Assembly: GCA_038046605.1 (NCBI GenBank) | Contig: JBBSVW010000053.1 | Coordinates: 1-17,793, forward strand | Length of the DNA: 17,793 nt | Direction of reading: 5' to 3' | From: Candidatus Micrarchaeota archaeon | GTDB taxonomy: Archaea > Micrarchaeota > Micrarchaeia > Norongarragalinales > SBBD01 | Shown here: positions 14,264 to 17,793 of the stretch, one piece after another | How the letters are laid out: the number at the start of each line of letters is the position of its first letter | Numbering within the stretch: position 1 is the stretch's first letter | The notes under the pieces: model-generated | The model's database searches: none | The model's input: the letters and a program-made list of their open reading frames with translations, nothing else | Told to the model about the DNA's origin: nothing | Program-made: the position numbers and the translations under genes

Positions 14264-14328
14264 TGACACCAAGGGAAACGTAGTTTCCCTACCGTGTCGC
14301 CCTACCCTTCCTATTTTGATTTGAGAAT
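14264..14328 (-). repeat. Dispersed structured intergenic repeat, copy 3 (inverted relative to copies 1 and 2)
   Basis: Minus strand reads ATTCTCAAATCAAAATAGGAAGGGTAGGGC-GACAC-GGT-AGGGAAAC-TAC-GTTTCCCT-TG-GTGTC-A, with the same motif spacing as copy 2. Confidence 0.82.
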
Positions 14329-14335
14329 CAATCAA

Positions 14336-15265
14336 TTATTTCACAGCCTTTAGCGTCAGTAATGCATCCTTCTCGCTCTTCGGGTTCACAATAATGCCGG
14401 TCCCAAGTTCCACCCCCGCCCAATAGCCGCTCCTTGGATAAATCTCGATATGGAAGTGCGATTTCATCCCCCTTGGCGCGTTATGGTATATCACATTGTA
14501 ATCCTTCACGATGAAATGCACCCGCCTGATGCACTCCCTAAGCAGTTTCATCATGGCAAGGCCCTGTTCATCCCCCAGCTCCGCTATGCTTGAAATGTGC
14601 GCTTTTGGGATGATCCAGATTTCATTTGCAAACCTCGAAAAGCTGGGGCATATCGCGCTGAAATGATCGTTGTCGAGAAGGAGGTTTTCGGATTCCTTGG
14701 AAAGAAGATCGCATATGAGGCATTTTCCCTTTTTCCCCGACTCTTCGATGCTGCTAATTTCCCTCATGATCAGCTCTGGCACAAATGGGAAGGTCAATAT
14801 CTGCGAATGCTCGTGCTCGATGCTTGCGCCCGCATTCCTGCCATGGTTCTTGAATAGATGGACATACTTTGCACCCTCCTCCAATTCAAGCTCCACGAAT
14901 CTGTTCTTGTAGACGTTGAAAACAAACTTCAGCTGCAGCTCCCCAAGCTCGTGAAACAGCTCCTCATGGACATCGCTTTCCACAATCACTTCGTGCCGTC
15001 CAAATGCGTAGGAGGCCGGATTGAACGAATTCACATCCACATACTTCCCTTCGGTCCCGACAAGTGCAAACACATTGTCAAATGCGCGAACGCGCCAATC
15101 CTTCTGGGTTGGAAGGGCAAACCTTGTTGGCGGGGTTGTGCTTTCCGACCCCCTGCAAAAGGGGCACGATGGCTGGCTGCCATATATGACCGGGCGCTTG
15201 CCCCTATCACTTGCAATAAGCACAATTGAATCCTTCGATTCGTCCCTTCGGAATTCCAGCACCAT
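14336..15265 (-). CDS. galT: Galactose-1-phosphate uridylyltransferase family (GalT-type HIT nucleotidyltransferase)
   Basis: RGKRP, CPFC.G.E..TPP, WRVR...N, GRHEVIVES, FKNHG..AGASIEHEHSQ, CLIC, EIWIIPK.H, HFHIEIYPR, WAGVELGTG. Confidence 0.85.
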   Translation of the reverse strand: MVLEFRRDESKDSIVLIASDRGKRPVIYGSQPSCPFCRGSESTTPPTRFALPTQKDWRVRAFDNVFALVGTEGKYVDVNSFNPASYAFGRHEVIVESDVHEELFHELGELQLKFVFNVYKNRFVELELEEGAKYVHLFKNHGRNAGASIEHEHSQILTFPFVPELIMREISSIEESGKKGKCLICDLLSKESENLLLDNDHFSAICPSFSRFANEIWIIPKAHISSIAELGDEQGLAMMKLLRECIRRVHFIVKDYNVIYHNAPRGMKSHFHIEIYPRSGYWAGVELGTGIIVNPKSEKDALLTLKAVK

Positions 15266-15285
15266 GCTGACATTAGCATTCCTTG

Positions 15286-15293
15286 CTTAAAAA
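15286..15293 (-). promoter_or_regulatory. Putative TATA box for a leaderless galT transcript
   Basis: TTTTTAAG on the minus strand ending 20 nt before ATG 15265. Confidence 0.5.
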
Positions 15294-15413
15294 CATATTT
15301 CATTTGGGTTATTTGCAAATGGGGCTTGGATATGGGTGTTTGCTGCTGCGCCTAAGTTCCCGCCATAATGCTATTGCTTCCTCCTGCATCCGGGAACAAG
15401 GACCCGCTTCCTT

Positions 15414-16706
15414 TCAATTCCCAACAATTTTTACATCCCTGCCGAGGAATTTTCCAGCCTTTTGGGAAAGCATCAAAATTTCCCCAACCCCCAACGCATC
15501 CGCATCATTAATTTCCATTTGGATTTTTTGCAATTCCACTTCCAATGCCGATGCCTCCCCCTTTTTGGCCAAAAGCGCATCGAGTTTTGCTTGCTCCCCT
15601 TTGATTTTGCCCCCGATTTCTTCGGCCATCATTTCCGCTTGCCTTAACCCGTTTAGCCAGCCCCCAATGGCGCCTCCCTTGATTTTCAAAATTGCCTCCA
15701 AATGCTTTGCCAAATCCTTTTCATCCTCAATAATTGCGCCATCCCGCAGCATTTTTTCAAGGGCGTCCATAATGGGCATCAGATCTGGAAGTTGCGGCTT
15801 TTCCTCCTTTAGGGCAATGAGGTGATCCCGCAGGTATTTGCGTGCAATCAAGGATGCCTTTTTATCCTTCGAAATTTTCTCGAATTTCCTAAGGGGGCGC
15901 TCAAGCGGCAGGATTAGGGAACCAATGCGGTTTTTAAAATGAGTAATTTCCTCCCCATTCCTTGCGCTTTCGGATTTAAGCAAACCCAATTTTTCTTCAA
16001 TTTCCCCATCCTGGCCATCATTTACGCGATTTTTTTTATCCCCCAATTCGGCGCCTATTTTTGCAATTTTTATCCGCAATTCCGCAATTTTTCCATTCAA
16101 TTCCGCAATTTTTGCCCCATGAATGCCAATCCCTGATGCCATCCCATATATTGCCTGCGCCTCCTGGTATTTTTGCGCATTTTCTGAAATTTCCCCTCCC
16201 AGCAAATCCGCTTTTTCGGAAAGCTCCTTGATTGGCCCCCCCATCCGCCCGAATTCCTCCTTGTAGAAAAATATCAGGTACCGATTGTCGGAGGTGATTT
16301 TCGTGATCTGGAGCATCGCGGAAAGCGTTTCCGAGTGGAAATCCGATATCGCAATAAAATCAATTTTTTCGGGTTTTTTTATGGTCCCAAGGATTTTAGG
16401 GATCCTAACAAAATAATTTTCCCGCATCTGGCTTGCGATCTTCTCATGCTGCGGATCCTTCACTGTAAGGGGCTTTTTCGAAAATTCGCCCGCCATCCCC
16501 TCGATTTCCCTGAATAGGGCGGTGATTTCACCAATTGTTTTTTGCGAATTTTTTACAAACGGCGCAAGTTTCAAATCAAGCCCGCGCTCGATTAGGTTAT
16601 TTACTTCCCCTATTTGGATTTCCAAGGGTGCTGCGCCCTTTGCGGGTCCTTCCCCCCTTTCCAACCCCTTTCCGCCACCAAACAATTTTTTTAATAAATC
16701 AATCAT
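15414..16706 (-). CDS. Hypothetical coiled-coil protein, about 430 aa
   Basis: K/E/I/L-rich helical ORF with heptads (IAELNGKIAELRIKIAKIGAEL). ATG 16706 (MIDLLKKLFG) avoids overlap with the upstream gene. Confidence 0.75.
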   Translation of the reverse strand: MIDLLKKLFGGGKGLERGEGPAKGAAPLEIQIGEVNNLIERGLDLKLAPFVKNSQKTIGEITALFREIEGMAGEFSKKPLTVKDPQHEKIASQMRENYFVRIPKILGTIKKPEKIDFIAISDFHSETLSAMLQITKITSDNRYLIFFYKEEFGRMGGPIKELSEKADLLGGEISENAQKYQEAQAIYGMASGIGIHGAKIAELNGKIAELRIKIAKIGAELGDKKNRVNDGQDGEIEEKLGLLKSESARNGEEITHFKNRIGSLILPLERPLRKFEKISKDKKASLIARKYLRDHLIALKEEKPQLPDLMPIMDALEKMLRDGAIIEDEKDLAKHLEAILKIKGGAIGGWLNGLRQAEMMAEEIGGKIKGEQAKLDALLAKKGEASALEVELQKIQMEINDADALGVGEILMLSQKAGKFLGRDVKIVGN

Positions 16707-16725
16707 CGTAAAAAAGAAAAAAACA

Positions 16726-17793
16726 TCAGCGCTTGCTCTTGACGTACATTTCCCTAAGCTCAAAAAGGACCTCGGAAACCGCCATCCCCAAATCCCAATT
16801 TTCGCGGTGCCCCTTCATTTCGGTGCTAGCGCAAACAAACGTTTTGCCCCCAATTTCAAGCCTCCCGTGCACATCGTATAGTTTCTTTTCCTTGCCCTTG
16901 CGCGCGCTTTTTATGCGAAGATGGATTTCGCCGCCCTTCCCGAATTTTGAAAGCAATGCGGCGCACTCGCCATATAAGGATTCCTTGAACATCTCCTCCT
17001 CCCTGCCAAGGCCGGATATCTCAACTTTTGCGGGCTCCTTGATTTCAAATCCCTTCAATATTTTGTAATATGATACCCTGCCAAGCATTTTCTGGCCCTC
17101 AAACACATATGCCTCCTCGAAATTGCTTGTCCTAAGCGCGTCCCCAAGGCTTTGGGAGCTAAGCACCTTCCTTATTTCGAATTCCGGCGTCATTACGCTT
17201 TTAATGGATTCCTTTTCGACATCCATCCTTTGGCTTTGCTTTACGTTATGCATCTTCTTGTGCAGATAAGGCTTTACCTTGATTGCCAAATCCTTGACAT
17301 GCAGCATCCCTAAAAGTTTGCCCTTTTCGAGCACCGCAAGCTCGCTGACCCCGTTCCTGGCCATCATCTCCTCGGCCTTGTCAGAAGGTGTTGAGGCATC
17401 CGCGCTGATAACCTTTTCCATGAATTCAGTTGCCTTTTCAGATGAGAGCGAATCCGTAAGGTGCCTTAGCACATCGCTTGCCCGTATGATCCCAAGCGGC
17501 TTATCGTTCCTATCCAGGACAACCAGCCTGCTCATCCCCGAATTAGAGAATTTATCGAAGACATTTGCAAACTTTGATGCATCCTTTTCGGAAATTACCT
17601 GCCCCTTCCGTGCGATCCGCTTCACTTTTTCAATATCCGCATCCCCCTTGAACCTAAGGAGCATATCGGGCCTAAGTTCTCCGGCATACTTGCCATTCTT
17701 TGTCGCGACCAAAATCTCGCTATCCTCAAGCCTCCTAAGGGCCTTCGAGAGGGTTTCGCCCTCGTCCATGGTATCTACTGGAGAAATCATATC
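16726..17793 (-). CDS. CBS-domain protein with C-terminal HPF/RaiA-like domain (putative ribosome hibernation factor); probably 5' truncated by window
   Basis: Tandem CBS repeats (LVVLDRNDKPLGIIRASDVL; LAVLEKGKLLGMLHVKDL); last ~100 aa have a beta-alpha-beta-beta-beta-alpha pattern ending WDLGMAVSEVLFEL; frame open to the window edge. Confidence 0.75.
   Translation of the reverse strand, partial: DMISPVDTMDEGETLSKALRRLEDSEILVATKNGKYAGELRPDMLLRFKGDADIEKVKRIARKGQVISEKDASKFANVFDKFSNSGMSRLVVLDRNDKPLGIIRASDVLRHLTDSLSSEKATEFMEKVISADASTPSDKAEEMMARNGVSELAVLEKGKLLGMLHVKDLAIKVKPYLHKKMHNVKQSQRMDVEKESIKSVMTPEFEIRKVLSSQSLGDALRTSNFEEAYVFEGQKMLGRVSYYKILKGFEIKEPAKVEISGLGREEEMFKESLYGECAALLSKFGKGGEIHLRIKSARKGKEKKLYDVHGRLEIGGKTFVCASTEMKGHRENWDLGMAVSEVLFELREMYVKSKR

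Noticed and set aside
2809-14343. The reverse reading of all three repeat copies gives a similar peptide, SPxPxY(L/F)xLRI(N/K), with several synonymous differences
   Set aside because: No shared start codon; copy 3 is shifted by 1 nt across the hairpin relative to copies 1 and 2; many differences fall at codon positions 1-2. Nucleotide-level conservation explains it, though it is worth re-testing with more copies
14255-14353. ATG CAT CCT TGA followed at once by a hairpin, resembling a selenocysteine or readthrough signal; PAC2 also ends in TGA plus hairpin
   Set aside because: The TGA is just part of the element's TGACAC end, and its frame relative to the downstream motif is not conserved between copies. 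PAC2 already ends in a plausible Tyr-X tail, and archaeal SECIS elements are not positioned this way
413-17068. The many other antisense or alternate-frame ORFs in the track (e.g. 413..904, 2790..3278, 5536..6030, 7111..7638, 15283..15825)
   Set aside because: They lie largely within well-supported genes and show no independent motifs or translation signals

Overview
Archaeal chromosomal window of mostly housekeeping genes. TATA boxes, GGTGA Shine-Dalgarno sites, an S-layer gene, PAC2 and Pcc1 support an archaeal origin. The gene content and the LFGC lipoprotein signal suggest DPANN, possibly Micrarchaeota (inference only). Gene order: 3' end of diphosphomevalonate decarboxylase, ERG8-like phosphomevalonate kinase and type 2 IPP isomerase (classical-type mevalonate module); a minus-strand asnS / T2SSF / PAC2 cluster; a large membrane protein with a C-terminal Cys8 zinc finger; a small membrane protein; an RHH-PIN toxin-antitoxin pair coupled to KEOPS Pcc1; an S-layer protein with a long structured leader; a lipoprotein; a GalT-family enzyme; a coiled-coil protein; and a CBS + HPF-like protein. 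The most striking unexplained signal is a dispersed intergenic element in three copies (2816-2932, 6030-6095, 14264-14328 reversed). It has a conserved linear motif followed by a hairpin whose stem sequence changes between copies while pairing is kept, and one copy carries two extra hairpin modules. Also notable: a 50-aa, 15-Cys metallothionein-like tail on the IPP isomerase, a FYVE/PHD-spaced zinc finger on the membrane protein, and a ~255-nt multi-stem S-layer leader. No tRNA, rRNA, CRISPR array or transposase was recognised.
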